Positions 38,302-49,595 are shown, numbered from the stretch's first letter. The stretch: DNA of 64,000 bases from Nitrospirales bacterium (GCA_963555755.3 OY820905.2:2560001-2624000), one strand, 5' to 3'. Numbers and translations: made by a program. Notes: generated by a model not told the origin, from the sequence alone.

Positions 38302-38894
38302 GATTTGGCATCTTTCAATGAGGTTCTGAGACGTTGCAACACGTTTTTTCGCTCCTCATTCGTTTCTTCAAACATTGCCTGGCGAACAAAGTCTATTAAT
38401 CGCTTTCTCCCGACATGGGGCGGAAACATCGGAGCCGTAATCCGCCAACCGTTCAATACCGCTCGCACTCGGACCCAAACCGTTTCCTCTCTTCGCTCAG
38501 GCAGGAACGTGGCAGCCTCCCAATGCATGACTCCCACGACTTGAAAGGTAACGGGAATAACGGCCTCGGTACTACTGATGATTTCCCACTCTCGCACATC
38601 ATCGTTTACCGTATATTCGCGGATAACCACCACCTGACGCCAGGAAGGTTCTTCCTCCCACTCCACGTACGGCCGCACGGTTTCATAAGACAAGGCTTGT
38701 AACCGTGCGCCTCGTTTATCCAGAGAAAGATATTTTTTCACGATGTCGGCAGGATCGTTCGTCAGATCCCCAGTTAACCCGTAAGCCTTGCTGGAACAGA
38801 CAATAGTGCTGAGTGTACACACCAGCCCAAATACAAGGACCGTTGCTGGAAGGGACGTCCAGCGACCACACAGGATTTGATACAACCATTTCAT
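38298..38894 (-). CDS. Exported hypothetical protein
   Basis: Signal-like N-terminus; overlaps the next gene by 4 bp. Confidence 0.65.
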   Translation of the reverse strand: MKWLYQILCGRWTSLPATVLVFGLVCTLSTIVCSSKAYGLTGDLTNDPADIVKKYLSLDKRGARLQALSYETVRPYVEWEEEPSWRQVVVIREYTVNDDVREWEIISSTEAVIPVTFQVVGVMHWEAATFLPERREETVWVRVRAVLNGWRITAPMFPPHVGRKRLIDFVRQAMFEETNEERKNVLQRLRTSLKDAKS

Positions 38895-39140
38895 GGCAAA
38901 ACAGGGGCTGTTAAAAAAGCATGCCCTTAGTCTTTCCGAAGGGTCCCAGCGGCGTTCTCCTGGTTTGTTGCTGATCGCTCGTAGTGCAAGATCTTTCACG
39001 CTCTCTTTTTATCGAGCGACTAGCCCCGTTTTAATGTTAATACGGTCTCCGTGTGTCCATCGGCGTTGTCGTCGTGGAAAAGGCGAAAGTGAGAAAGAGG
39101 GGAAGTCAAAACGACAACAGGCGGGAGCCTCGAACAGCCA

Positions 39141-39614
39141 TTAGCCTTTTATCAAAATAACTAAAATAATCCCAAGGAGCAGCCATAACGGAATGGACAA
39201 CATCAGGCCCCAGGCCAGGCCCTGTGCTGTTTTCAGGCGTCCTTTCAGTGACCGTTTTTCGAGGGCTTTCTCAATCCGAAGTTTGACATCCTCTAAATGA
39301 AACGGCTTGGTAATATAGTCTTCCGCTCCACAATTAATGGATTCCACAGCTGTCCCAATAGAAGGATGGCCCGTGATCATGATAAAAATGACATCTTCGT
39401 CTACTTCACGAATGCGTTTCAGCAACCCCATCCCATCCAGATTGGGCATCATCAGATCGGCGAGAATGATCTCGAAATTGCCTTTTTGATATTTGTTGAG
39501 GGCGTCTTCCCCATCCTCCGCCGTGACGACTTCAAGGTCCAGCGTATGCAAAAACTGGGTCAAGGAATCACGAATGCCTTCATCATCATCGAACACGAGT
39601 ATGCGTCCTGCCAC
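39141..39614 (-). CDS. Response regulator receiver with C-terminal TM helix
   Basis: DDD, DLMMP, ITKPF; hydrophobic tail. Confidence 0.85.
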   Translation of the reverse strand: MAGRILVFDDDEGIRDSLTQFLHTLDLEVVTAEDGEDALNKYQKGNFEIILADLMMPNLDGMGLLKRIREVDEDVIFIMITGHPSIGTAVESINCGAEDYITKPFHLEDVKLRIEKALEKRSLKGRLKTAQGLAWGLMLSIPLWLLLGIILVILIKG

Positions 39615-39634
39615 AGCTCCTCACTTTCTTTGCG

Positions 39635-39912
39635 GGGAATGTTGAAAAAAGCCGCCAGCCTTCGCTAAAGCTACGGCTGACAAGCCAGCGGTTCCATACC
39701 TGCTGAAGCGGCTTCGCGTAGGCAGGTCGCCATTTTGCCGTGCTCACGTGAGAGTACGCTCCGCGCGTCAAAAGGGCTGCGGCCTTGCTGGACGGCCTTT
39801 TTCAACCTTCCCTGTTTTCGTTGAATAGTCCCACTATTCGCCTCAAACGATCAAAATATCTGACTCAAACCAGCACAGCCTCGTGACGATCGCAAATCTC
39901 GGACAGGCTCCT
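39635..39912. mobile_element. MITE A (39635-39813) joined to a partial MITE F
   Basis: Family A TIRs followed by the family F right arm. Confidence 0.7.
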
Positions 39913-39941
39913 CGGGGCCGACGTCGTGATGCAGAACACCA

Positions 39942-40634
39942 TCAACCTTGAGGAAGAACATCCTCCACGATCACGACCCCCTCAGGCGGATCCAGTGTAA
40001 AGACTGTATCGTCGATTCCGGTATTCGCCTTGACATTGGTGAAGCGAAAAGTCGAAATATTTCCGCTCACTTCATGTAGGGCTATCGACCGAATGAAGTA
40101 GGTGTCGGGTTGGATTTCCGAAACAATTCGGGTCAACGAAGAAGAACCTGGTTGCCCCTGGTTTTTAGGAATCAAGGTCAGCAAGGGCAACCCTCCCTCT
40201 CCCGTGCGGCCATTATCCGTGGGGAATACATCAAAAAGCTCGGTGAGTTTCCCCATTCCCTGAAGCAAGCGCAGGGGGGCTTTCGTTGCCACCATCATGG
40301 TAAGATTGCCCTTCAGAATTTGATTATGTTTCGGCACATACATTTGCAGCTGATCATTCTGCACATAAATGTGTTCGACTGAAGGTTCGGTATAATCCCA
40401 TCGTAGATAGCCAGGCTTCTTAATGTAGACTCGGCCAGATGATTGAAGTAGTGTATCAAACCCTTCAATACGAGTTTCTTGTGTAAAATCTGCTTGAAAA
40501 TCCTTGGTGGCGGCGTAGCGAGTATCCACGCGCTTGACCAAATCACGTACCTGTTGTGCCACATTCTCTTTCCCAAGAACCGGGAAGGGAATCAGAGACA
40601 TTACGATTATGAGACTGGCGAGAAAGAATTTCAT
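39942..40634 (-). CDS. lolA: Outer-membrane lipoprotein carrier LolA
   Basis: ADFTQ..SGRVYIKKPG.LRWDY; downstream of ftsK. Confidence 0.85.
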   Translation of the reverse strand: MKFFLASLIIVMSLIPFPVLGKENVAQQVRDLVKRVDTRYAATKDFQADFTQETRIEGFDTLLQSSGRVYIKKPGYLRWDYTEPSVEHIYVQNDQLQMYVPKHNQILKGNLTMMVATKAPLRLLQGMGKLTELFDVFPTDNGRTGEGGLPLLTLIPKNQGQPGSSSLTRIVSEIQPDTYFIRSIALHEVSGNISTFRFTNVKANTGIDDTVFTLDPPEGVVIVEDVLPQG

Positions 40635-42949
40635 CCGACCCGTTCTTGCCTCATGGTTTGAGGACCAAGAATTTCCCGGCGGCCGTCACGCCCAGGGGCA
40701 CTCACGAGCCCTTCTTCTTCCATTTGTTCGATCATGCGTGCAGCCCGGGGATATCCAACACGAAGCCGTCGTTGAAGCAGCGAGGCCGAAGCCTGGCCTG
40801 AGGTCAACACCACCTCTCGGGCTTGTTCATAGACTTCATCTCGTTCTGGGTCTTCTTCAAATACTTCGGGGTTTGGAAATGGGGCATCGTCACTATACTC
40901 CGGACCCGCTTGCGCTTTGACATATTCTACCACACGCTGCACATCCCCATCCGACACGTACGAACCATGGAGCCGAATCAACTTACCAGTTCCTGGAGCC
41001 AAATACAGCATATCGCCGAGTCCGAGAAGCGCTTCGGCTCCATTGGCATCCAGGATCGTACGGGAGTCTGTCTTGGAGGCCACTTGAAATGCGATCCGAG
41101 CCGGGAAATTTGCTTTAATCAACCCTGTCACTACATCGACAGAAGGCCGTTGTGTGGCCAAAATTAAGTGAATACCTGAAGCCCGTGCCATTTGCGCGAG
41201 ACGGGCAATCTTTTCTTCAATTTCCTTTGGAGCCACCATCATTAAATCGGCAAACTCATCGATGACCACGACGATATAGGGAAGAGGCTCGAGAGTGGGC
41301 TCTTCATCTTGATCTGGATCAAATGGCAGATCAGGCTGTGATGTACCAGAGGCCATGGCATTGCCTTCTTCTGTCACCTTGGCGTTGTAGGCTTGAATAT
41401 TTCGAACGCCATGTTCTGCAAGAAGGCGATAGCGCCGCTCCATTTCTTGTAGGACCCAGCTTAACCCACGCGCAGCGGATTTTGGGTCGGTTAAGGCCGG
41501 GCGCAACAGATGGGGAATGCCATCGTAGACTTGAAGTTCCAACACCTTGGGATCAATCAACAAAAGCTTAACCTCATCAGGATGGGCTGAAAACAACAGG
41601 CTCAACAGCATGCTATTTAAGCCAACACTTTTCCCGGCTCCCGTGGCGCCAGCCACCAACAGGTGAGGCATGGTTCTCAGGTCGGCCACAAACGGACGAC
41701 CAAAAATGTCTTTTCCCAAGGCAATAGTCAGCTTTGACCGTGATCGTGTATAGGCTTCACTGGTCAACACTTCTCGAAACGTGACGGTTTCTCTGACCGG
41801 ATTCGGGACTTCAATCCCCACGGTTGATTTCCCGGGAATCGGAGCGACAATGCGAACGCTGGTGGCTTTAAGAGCCATCGCCAAATCATGGGCCAAATTG
41901 ACAATGCGAGCCACCTTAATACCGGGGCCGGGTTGAAACTCAAACATCGTGATGACGGGGCCCGGATGCACTTCCGTCACCTTCCCGGGAATGCCGAAAT
42001 TTTGAAAAGCTCCAGTCAACACCCGCGATTGGGACTCCAATATTTCATCGGTCTGCGCTGATTGCGAAACAAGAGGTGGATCAAGGAGCGCAATAGGATC
42101 AGGCAAATTGTAACCCTCAGACACTTTGCGATGGAGTTGAAAGGTTCGGCGAATGGGAGGGGCTTCATCTGGTTCGCCCATCTTTGATTCAAAATCATCC
42201 TCAGGAATATCGGGTTCAGGGATAGGATCATCCTTCCGCAAAAAGGACAAGGCGCCATCCCGCATGGCCAGGCTCCGATTGATCTTCACCGGTTTATTCG
42301 ATTTAGGGATTCGGACTCTTGTGGGAAAGGACAGCCAACTCAAAGACAAACGAGGGGTGTGGTCTCGGATCGATCCAAGAGCTGAGGGAATATTTCCCAG
42401 AGCCGTGGCCACGGAAAACGGAGCAACCAACAAAACGGATACCAATACAAGTGAGAACAATACGATCGTGCTGCCGACTTCCCCAAACAGTGGAGACACA
42501 AGGGCCGTGGACCACTGCCCCCATTCCCCTCCCGTCATGTGGGAGGCCAACGCATAAAATTGAAATAGGGCACTGAGGCACAGCACCAATAGAACTCCGC
42601 CGAAGAGGCTTCGTGCTTTTGTTTGAAGTGTTTCTTCTTGGAATGACCGGATCCCTTGCAACAGGATCAAGATCGGAATGGCAAGAGCGGCCGATCCTAC
42701 GAGCCATATCAAACCCGCCGCAATGGTTGCGCCCACCATGCCGACAGCGTTGTCGATGACACCCGATGGTTGAGTAGAAAGGGAGCCAACCCAGGAGGGG
42801 TCCTGTGCCGAATACGACCACACGCTCAAAAAAACCAGGACTCCTAGCGTGAGGAGGGCAATTCCGAGAATTTCGCGGCTGAGTCTAAAGGATGGGGAAG
42901 CAGGTTCCTTCTTGACGGATTTCCCCCTAGGCCTAGGGAATATACTCAT
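40631..42949 (-). CDS. ftsK: DNA translocase FtsK
   Basis: N-terminal TMs, GATGAGKS, ATQRPSVDV, gamma domain. Confidence 0.95.
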   Translation of the reverse strand: MSIFPRPRGKSVKKEPASPSFRLSREILGIALLTLGVLVFLSVWSYSAQDPSWVGSLSTQPSGVIDNAVGMVGATIAAGLIWLVGSAALAIPILILLQGIRSFQEETLQTKARSLFGGVLLVLCLSALFQFYALASHMTGGEWGQWSTALVSPLFGEVGSTIVLFSLVLVSVLLVAPFSVATALGNIPSALGSIRDHTPRLSLSWLSFPTRVRIPKSNKPVKINRSLAMRDGALSFLRKDDPIPEPDIPEDDFESKMGEPDEAPPIRRTFQLHRKVSEGYNLPDPIALLDPPLVSQSAQTDEILESQSRVLTGAFQNFGIPGKVTEVHPGPVITMFEFQPGPGIKVARIVNLAHDLAMALKATSVRIVAPIPGKSTVGIEVPNPVRETVTFREVLTSEAYTRSRSKLTIALGKDIFGRPFVADLRTMPHLLVAGATGAGKSVGLNSMLLSLLFSAHPDEVKLLLIDPKVLELQVYDGIPHLLRPALTDPKSAARGLSWVLQEMERRYRLLAEHGVRNIQAYNAKVTEEGNAMASGTSQPDLPFDPDQDEEPTLEPLPYIVVVIDEFADLMMVAPKEIEEKIARLAQMARASGIHLILATQRPSVDVVTGLIKANFPARIAFQVASKTDSRTILDANGAEALLGLGDMLYLAPGTGKLIRLHGSYVSDGDVQRVVEYVKAQAGPEYSDDAPFPNPEVFEEDPERDEVYEQAREVVLTSGQASASLLQRRLRVGYPRAARMIEQMEEEGLVSAPGRDGRREILGPQTMRQERVG

Positions 42950-42997
42950 AACAGAAATCGTAGCATAGGGGAGGAGGTTAATCAATTAAAACCCTTA

Positions 42998-43097
42998 GGG
43001 TCCGTTACGGAATAACCTGGGCAATTGGCCGAGACGATTGGGGAGCGACACCGGCGCAGCCCAAAAGCGTCCGGCCTTACGAGGAGGCCCATCTTTT
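42998..43097. mobile_element. MITE family E fragment
   Basis: Matches the left arm of 54520-54782. Confidence 0.6.
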
Positions 43098-43245
43098 GTG
43101 CAAGTTAAAAAAGCTGAAAAAGAGGACGCTACCATTTTATACTAAAGTCACCTTTGAAAGCGTTTGCTTTTAACTCAATACTCATGCCTGACCCCTTTTT
43201 GACCCCTTTTGCTGACCCCTTTTGTGATCCCAAATGACAAAACGG

Positions 43246-43689
43246 TTACGTTGGGCATGAATGGGTTAGGGTCCGCCTATCACTCCATCCGCCTTTCCCG
43301 ACATCGTGTATCGGGAATCCAGTCAGTATACCCTCCACATTTCCCCCTTCGTTGGTTACGGGCAGACAAGAGATATTGTTGGCCAGCAACGTCTCGGCTG
43401 TTGTCTGAACCGTGACATTTTTCGACACACTGATGGGCTTCCGGCTCATGATCTGATGAGCCCGCTTTTGGAGGGTCGCTGAATTGCGAGAGGTTTCTGA
43501 GAGCGTATCCACAAAAGGGCTAATCGATTTCAATAAGTCCCGATCGGAAATTACCCCCATTAATCGGCGTCCGCTGACGACTAGCACATGGTGAAACCGA
43601 TGTTGTTCGAAAATTTCGCGGATTCGTTCGAGTGTCTCATCCATTTCCACAGTCACTATTTTTGGGCTCATGATGGTTTCGACTGTCAT
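43246..43689 (-). CDS. CBS-domain protein with C-terminus replaced by repeat sequence
   Basis: GVISDRDL, IMSRKPISV, SCLPV. Confidence 0.75.
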   Translation of the reverse strand: MTVETIMSPKIVTVEMDETLERIREIFEQHRFHHVLVVSGRRLMGVISDRDLLKSISPFVDTLSETSRNSATLQKRAHQIMSRKPISVSKNVTVQTTAETLLANNISCLPVTNEGGNVEGILTGFPIHDVGKGGWSDRRTLTHSCPT

Positions 43690-43877
43690 GATCTCACCCC
43701 TTCTCTGAATATTTGCCCCTGGCGCAGCTCACTCAGTAACCGGTGACTACCTACAGTACCCCAAACGAGCCATGGTCTCAATTTTCTCCAAGGAACATAT
43801 TGTGACTGTTGATGAATTCAAAAACTCTCATGGTGCCGTTCACATGTGACTCATCTCATGAACCTCTAAGAGCAAAT

Positions 43878-44144
43878 GGGGATGTTCAAAAAGGTGCGCT
43901 CAGCCAGATGGTCTCCAGGCTTCCCATCTGACTTTCCCAGGGGCTCTGCCCCTAGGACGGCCCAAACAGCAGGGCCTGTGACCCCTCGAAGGGGGAACAC
44001 CCCCTTCGAACATCCCCCCCACCGAGTGGTACTGACTACTCGGTGGGCAAGGCCGCAGGCGCTTTGGCACGCGGAGCGTACGGGTGAGTACGTGAGCACG
44101 ACAAAGGGCCGAGAACGCCGCTGACGCCCTTTTTCAACATTCCC
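43878..44144. mobile_element. MITE family A carrying a long hairpin-rich insertion
   Basis: Family A TIRs and core interrupted at about 43905-44045. Confidence 0.7.
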
Positions 44145-44235
44145 ATATTGTAAGATGCTCAATAGCGAAAAATTCGTTATGATGGGTAGCGAAAGAAACT
44201 AATAACCCAATAGGTCACTTCCTCGAAAATCGTGC

Positions 44236-45483
44236 ATGAGTGCCAACACACCAAACAAACTCCTTCTGGCCATTCTTCTTGGAATCACGATTGGGATTTT
44301 TGTCGGAGGGTTCACACCGGAAATTGGCCGATCGATTCAATTCCTCGGCCAACTGTTTCTGAAGGCCCTGTTTGTCATGGTGGTGCCACTGGTCATCAGC
44401 TCGATGATCGTGGGCGTGAGTAGCCTGGGAGACGTCCGGAAACTCGGCCCACTCGGAGGCCGCACCGTGTTCTTTTTCATGGCAACGACCGGAATCGCTG
44501 TGGTGATCGGGGTAATCCTGGTACTCGCAATTCACCCGGGAACTCCTGGAACCGGAGCAGAAGCCAATGATTTGTCTAGCGTCTCCGAACGATTAGAAAA
44601 TAAACCAACCACCATCACCGACCTTCTTCAATCCATCCTCACCAGACTGGTTCCGAACAATCTCTTCTCGGCCATGGTCAATGCCGAGGTGTTGCCCCTG
44701 ATTATTTTTTCTCTCGTGTTTGGCGGTGTCCTCACTACGATTGGGGAACCCGGACAATTCGTGATTAGATTTTTCGAAGGCGTCAATGAAGCCATCATGG
44801 CCATGGTCCATTTATTGATGTGGACGGCGCCTGTGGGAATCGGAGCCTTGATTGCAGGCCGGCTCGGGGAAGCCGGTGGCTTCAGCGGCTTCTGGCCTCA
44901 ACTCGTATCATTGGGAGCGTATGCGGCTACCGTCATTATTGCCTTACTGATTCATGGCCTCGTGGTACTTCCACTCCTCCTCCGGTTCATTGGAAAGCAA
45001 TCCGTTCTACCCTATGCCAGAAACCTGAGCACAGCCCTCACAACGGCATTTTCCACCAGCTCCAGCTCGGCGACCCTCCCCTTGACCATGGAAGCGGTGA
45101 TTGATAGGCACGGCATTTCTTCGCGAACAGCTCGCTTTGTGCTTCCCCTCGGCGCCACGATTAACATGAACGGGACGGCGCTGTACGAAGCCGTGGCCGC
45201 TATGTATATCGCGCAATCCTATGGCATTGAGCTGAGCTTTGCGCAGACGGTTATCATTGTGTTGACGGCCACCCTCGCAGCCATTGGCGCAGCGGGGATC
45301 CCGGAGGCCGGCCTCGTCACCATGGTGATCGTACTCAAAGCCGTGAACCTGCCAATTGAGGGAATCGCCCTGATTCTTGTGATCGACTGGTTTCTCGACC
45401 GCTGCCGAACCACGGTCAATGTCTGGGGAGATGCAGTGGGGGCCGCGGTGATTGATGGGCTAGAAAAAAAGAAAGAGGCGTAA
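44236..45483 (+). CDS. Dicarboxylate/amino acid:cation symporter
   Basis: [33 protein letters not shown]. Confidence 0.93.
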   Translation: MSANTPNKLLLAILLGITIGIFVGGFTPEIGRSIQFLGQLFLKALFVMVVPLVISSMIVGVSSLGDVRKLGPLGGRTVFFFMATTGIAVVIGVILVLAIHPGTPGTGAEANDLSSVSERLENKPTTITDLLQSILTRLVPNNLFSAMVNAEVLPLIIFSLVFGGVLTTIGEPGQFVIRFFEGVNEAIMAMVHLLMWTAPVGIGALIAGRLGEAGGFSGFWPQLVSLGAYAATVIIALLIHGLVVLPLLLRFIGKQSVLPYARNLSTALTTAFSTSSSSATLPLTMEAVIDRHGISSRTARFVLPLGATINMNGTALYEAVAAMYIAQSYGIELSFAQTVIIVLTATLAAIGAAGIPEAGLVTMVIVLKAVNLPIEGIALILVIDWFLDRCRTTVNVWGDAVGAAVIDGLEKKKEA

Positions 45484-45577
45484 GGAAAGTCTCCTCCAAA
45501 AGCATATTCGGGACTTTGTGGAAGTAGAACGTCGTATAGTGACGAGGGAGAAAGAAAAAGCGTTTTGATATTACATG

Positions 45578-45607
45578 CGGAGGGGCCCTCGAATGAGGGC
45601 CCCTCCG
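45578..45607. terminator. GC-rich hairpin between convergent genes
   Basis: CGGAGGGGCCCTC-GAAT-GAGGGCCCCTCCG. Confidence 0.65.
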
Positions 45608-45668
45608 TGTTGATTCCCTAAAATGCGTGCCTAAGAGACTGTTCGACGCTTTTGGACCCACTTCGTTC

Positions 45669-47900
45669 TCAGGCTTCACACAAAACGGGATCAGAACCTG
45701 GAACACATAACATCGCTCTTGCGTTCACTTCCAGGGTCATGACTTGCTCCAGCAGATCCGCCTTTGTGGGATAGGAAGGCGTATTCAAAGCATCTGCAAG
45801 CAGTTGTTTAGCTTCCTTCAGTGTCACAACCGCATCCGAATGCAGTTGGGCGCCCTCGAGGACCTGAATGGCATCCTCCACCTCCGCGTGCGCCACCTTC
45901 AACAGGTGGTCCACATCCTCGGGAAGGGCCTTCGGGACCAGGTCAAACGACCCCAAGACCCCGACCTCAATGATGCGCAGAGAATTGCGAATGTTTTCCA
46001 GGGCATTCAGGACTCGAAGAAGGGCTGCAATAGCATCCACCTCGGTTGGTTCGAGATCAATTTCTGAAGGAAATGGATTTGTTACAGCGTCGAACGTGGA
46101 CGCGGGTGAATTATCAAAAGCATCGCTATTGTAAAAGGCCACGGCTCCTTCAATCGTATTGATCGAATGGTTATGGAAAAAGGGAGCCGTATCTGCGGCC
46201 TCGATCACGGGCGGGGTGTTGAACGTTCCATCACCGAATGCCGCAGGAATAGTCGTAGCAACCTCTGCACATTCAGGATCTTCGTCATTAAAAGGCGGAC
46301 CTGTAATATCAACCACAATAGCGTCTGATCCAAACCCTCCGTCACACGGGATATCATCGGCGAAACCATTATCATCGAAAATATTACCGATAGCAGCGGC
46401 TACCGCTCGATACGCGGGATTCGGCAACCTTTCCACACCGGTATCAAAATTCTGGTTTTGTCCGGTAAAAGCGCCATTCGCTCCGGCATTCGCGTGGCAG
46501 GCATTGCAGCCACCGTCACCAAAAAACAGCATCTTTCCTTGCGTCGCCAGCGTTCCTGTGAGTTGTAAGGCGCCCAGATTGATATCGTCCGAACGTCCCA
46601 AGGAGAGTTGAAAGGCTTCCAGGGCCATTAATCCATCGTCGTTCGGGAACGTAAAGTCTACTCCCGGTACGCGGTTTAACGTCAATGGGAAATGTTGATT
46701 GATCGCACCAAGGGCAAAGGAGAGAAGGGTCCCATTAAGGCCTCCGAGGGTGATATCACTCCCCTCGCCCGCGCCGGGAATCATAAATATGGGGGCTCCG
46801 TCTCCGGACCATCCAATGGCTTGACCTCTTCCATCCGAAGCGATATTTCCACCTGCTTCTGGAGTTAAGGACACCCCCAGGGCAAGCGTATGGGGAGTTC
46901 CCCGCATAGGAGCTGCGGTAAACGGAGCTCCGTCTACGTTCTCCAAGATCAGTCCGAATTGCTCCATCAGCTCCGGTATTTCTAGGTCCACAAGGGCAGG
47001 TTGAAACGCAGCTTTTGTCGGATCGGCCACAAAAAGTGGGTCATCTTCCGGAAGGGTGGCGATAAACGCCGGGCTAATCGTGAAATTATCTTCCGGTCGA
47101 TGACAAGTTGCACACGTGCGTCCATTCCCATTGAAGGTTTCCTTCGTAAATAGAATCTCGCCTAACGACACGAGACTCTGGAGTCCGGGAGGGCCTCCTG
47201 GCTTCTTGGCATAGGCCGGAGCTGGAACTAACGCTCGAAACGGAGCTGACCAAAGACTCCCTGTCGCCTCACCCGTGCTTCCCGAGGGCTCCGCGTTGGC
47301 CAACGTCATTCCTTCCCCCACCTGCTCATTATAGTAGAGCCGTTGAAACAGGCCAGGTGCTCCAAAGAGAAGCCCGCCTTCTCCAGGCGTTTCTCCCGTT
47401 CGCGAGACGACCACGAGATCCAAATTGAAATCTGACAAGATGTCGGGGTCGAGGGAAGTCTCCAATGTAGCGAGGCTATCCGAGGAGTGGAGGCTCCCGA
47501 TGTGGATCATGGTATCGCCCGCCTCCGGTTTGATGCTGCGATTGAGCCCAGGAAGATTGTCCACCAGCCACACATCATGGCTAGCTGTTTCCGGAAGCCC
47601 ATACACTTTGACGGAGAGGGATCCATTGATAAGATCCAACACGGCCTCGCCACGAGCTTTCGTGACTTCATCGGATAAGCCCTCAATGTAACCAAGCGAC
47701 AAGGAGAATTTTCGAGAGGTGTCCTCCGGCAAGGCTCCCTTCCAACGATCATAGGCAGCTTGTAGTGTCTTCACATCGCCAAGACCAGTGACAACGACTC
47801 TTTGATTTGATTCTTCCCCAGCAGGAATGAACCAACTCAATCCCCCTAATCCGATTAGTACAGTCCCAAGCGCTATTCCTGACCATCGCGCTTTCATCAT
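45669..47900 (-). CDS. Di-haem cytochrome c, peroxidase/MauG-superfamily-like
   Basis: CATCH and CNACH; FNTPP...TAPFFHN. Confidence 0.75.
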   Translation of the reverse strand: MMKARWSGIALGTVLIGLGGLSWFIPAGEESNQRVVVTGLGDVKTLQAAYDRWKGALPEDTSRKFSLSLGYIEGLSDEVTKARGEAVLDLINGSLSVKVYGLPETASHDVWLVDNLPGLNRSIKPEAGDTMIHIGSLHSSDSLATLETSLDPDILSDFNLDLVVVSRTGETPGEGGLLFGAPGLFQRLYYNEQVGEGMTLANAEPSGSTGEATGSLWSAPFRALVPAPAYAKKPGGPPGLQSLVSLGEILFTKETFNGNGRTCATCHRPEDNFTISPAFIATLPEDDPLFVADPTKAAFQPALVDLEIPELMEQFGLILENVDGAPFTAAPMRGTPHTLALGVSLTPEAGGNIASDGRGQAIGWSGDGAPIFMIPGAGEGSDITLGGLNGTLLSFALGAINQHFPLTLNRVPGVDFTFPNDDGLMALEAFQLSLGRSDDINLGALQLTGTLATQGKMLFFGDGGCNACHANAGANGAFTGQNQNFDTGVERLPNPAYRAVAAAIGNIFDDNGFADDIPCDGGFGSDAIVVDITGPPFNDEDPECAEVATTIPAAFGDGTFNTPPVIEAADTAPFFHNHSINTIEGAVAFYNSDAFDNSPASTFDAVTNPFPSEIDLEPTEVDAIAALLRVLNALENIRNSLRIIEVGVLGSFDLVPKALPEDVDHLLKVAHAEVEDAIQVLEGAQLHSDAVVTLKEAKQLLADALNTPSYPTKADLLEQVMTLEVNARAMLCVPGSDPVLCEA

Positions 47901-48383
47901 AAAACCCCCTCCATTTGAGTGAATATGCGCATCATGAAGATCTCTGCTCGCATCCCATTTGGATTCCTTCATGCTGTGTTGAAAATGAACGAGCAACAAT
48001 TTCAATCAACCACAACACACGTGGCCCATTGTGATGTAAAGCACAAAGATTGCGCTATTCCTCTTTCGAGGGGGTCGGAGAAGGGGTGTCTTTTGAAAAA
48101 TGCTATTTGATTAATGCTGACGGTACGCATACAGTTTTATATACGATTAAATACCTACATTAATACCCTGTACGCATATTGACGTATTACGTGTAATTTT
48201 TTTTGAAACCGTCTTAAAGATCACCGTACGTGATGAGTTCAAACGCATTTCTTAAATAAATATAACTACTTACTATAAATAGAAGGACAGGTATTCAGTA
48301 AATGGGGATTGGTTCTGAATTGACAACGTCCGGTGGGCTGTGGCCTACTCGATTAATTGGTGTTCTGATCCAGCGAAGAAGAA

Positions 48384-49064
48384 GTGATGAAAACCCGGCT
48401 CAAAGAATTTAATCCCAAAAAATTCAGTTTTCATCAGGACCCCGTGTTGATCCTCGAAGATTTTTGGTCCAAGGAAGAACGAGACACGTTCTTGGCCGCA
48501 ATGGACCAGGCGGAATGGAAAAAGCGTTCGGAAATTCAAGCCACCCAGCTCGCCTTCCCGAATTGCGGGGATTGGCTCAAAGCCCAAATTGGCCCAGCAG
48601 AAGGCTCTGCCCTGCTCAATCGAATCGCTCTTCCCTGCATTGCCGACTATATTGAATCCTTTCCCCAAATCAAGCAGCGACACATGAGTTTCAGTTACTA
48701 CTCGTATGGCGCAGGAGATTGTCTCTCCACTCACGACGATACGGATGAGCAATACACACGGGACGACGGGAACCCTGGGCAAAGCCCGCAATCGGTATCA
48801 CCCCAACGTCGCATTGCGGTGGTAACCTACTTTCATCAGGAGTGGGAACACGATTGGGGCGGGGAACTCATTGTGTATGACAGTCGCAAAAAAAAGGACG
48901 GCCAGGATCGCTTGGAAGTCTCGTATTGCTTGGAACCTAAGCCAGGATCAATTGTATTTTTTACCGTACCTCGGTTTCATCGAGTGTGCCGCGTGGATCC
49001 GTTGGCGAACAACCATCGACGAATGTCGATTGCCGGCTGGTTCATGACTGAACACTTTTCTTAA
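48384..49064 (+). CDS. 2OG-Fe(II) oxygenase, prolyl-hydroxylase-like
   Basis: HDD...WGGEL...FHRV...RMSIAGW. Confidence 0.85.
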   Translation: MMKTRLKEFNPKKFSFHQDPVLILEDFWSKEERDTFLAAMDQAEWKKRSEIQATQLAFPNCGDWLKAQIGPAEGSALLNRIALPCIADYIESFPQIKQRHMSFSYYSYGAGDCLSTHDDTDEQYTRDDGNPGQSPQSVSPQRRIAVVTYFHQEWEHDWGGELIVYDSRKKKDGQDRLEVSYCLEPKPGSIVFFTVPRFHRVCRVDPLANNHRRMSIAGWFMTEHFS

Positions 49065-49595
49065 TCGGTGCTTTTTACCACCCAATTCGTGGTCTTTCTA
49101 TTCCCAAGTCTTTCATCCCAGATTTGACAATCGGCTCACCACCTTGGAGCTACCAAGCGGTAGCCCAGCCTCACAACAGCAGTTGGACGCAAAAAAGAGG
49201 TGCAAGATATTGATGGGCATGGTGAAAGAAAATTTTTCGTGGTCACCTCAGTGGGGATGAAACAGTTTTTTGGGTCTTCTCCCAAGTGAGTGGGTAAATT
49301 GGGGCGAGTAATTTCCTGAAAGACTCGCTGAAGAAGAGGTTGGTGGGTTTTTGGACCGTGGGAAAAGTGGCCAGGCTTTCTTGAGGCTTCCCCCTGATCA
49401 TCCCTCCCCTTTGGAAGGGAAGGGGAGGGGAGGCCAGGTGGGGTAGAGCCCGTGGCAAGGAGCGAGCTGCAGCCATGCTGAAAGCCCGGACCGGATTCGA
49501 CAGCAGGCGGCTGACGTGGTCACGAATCGGGATAGGGTGCTCCAAGAGCGACCTGAGCGGCTGTCGTGGCCCTCTACCTCCCCTACCCCTCCTTA

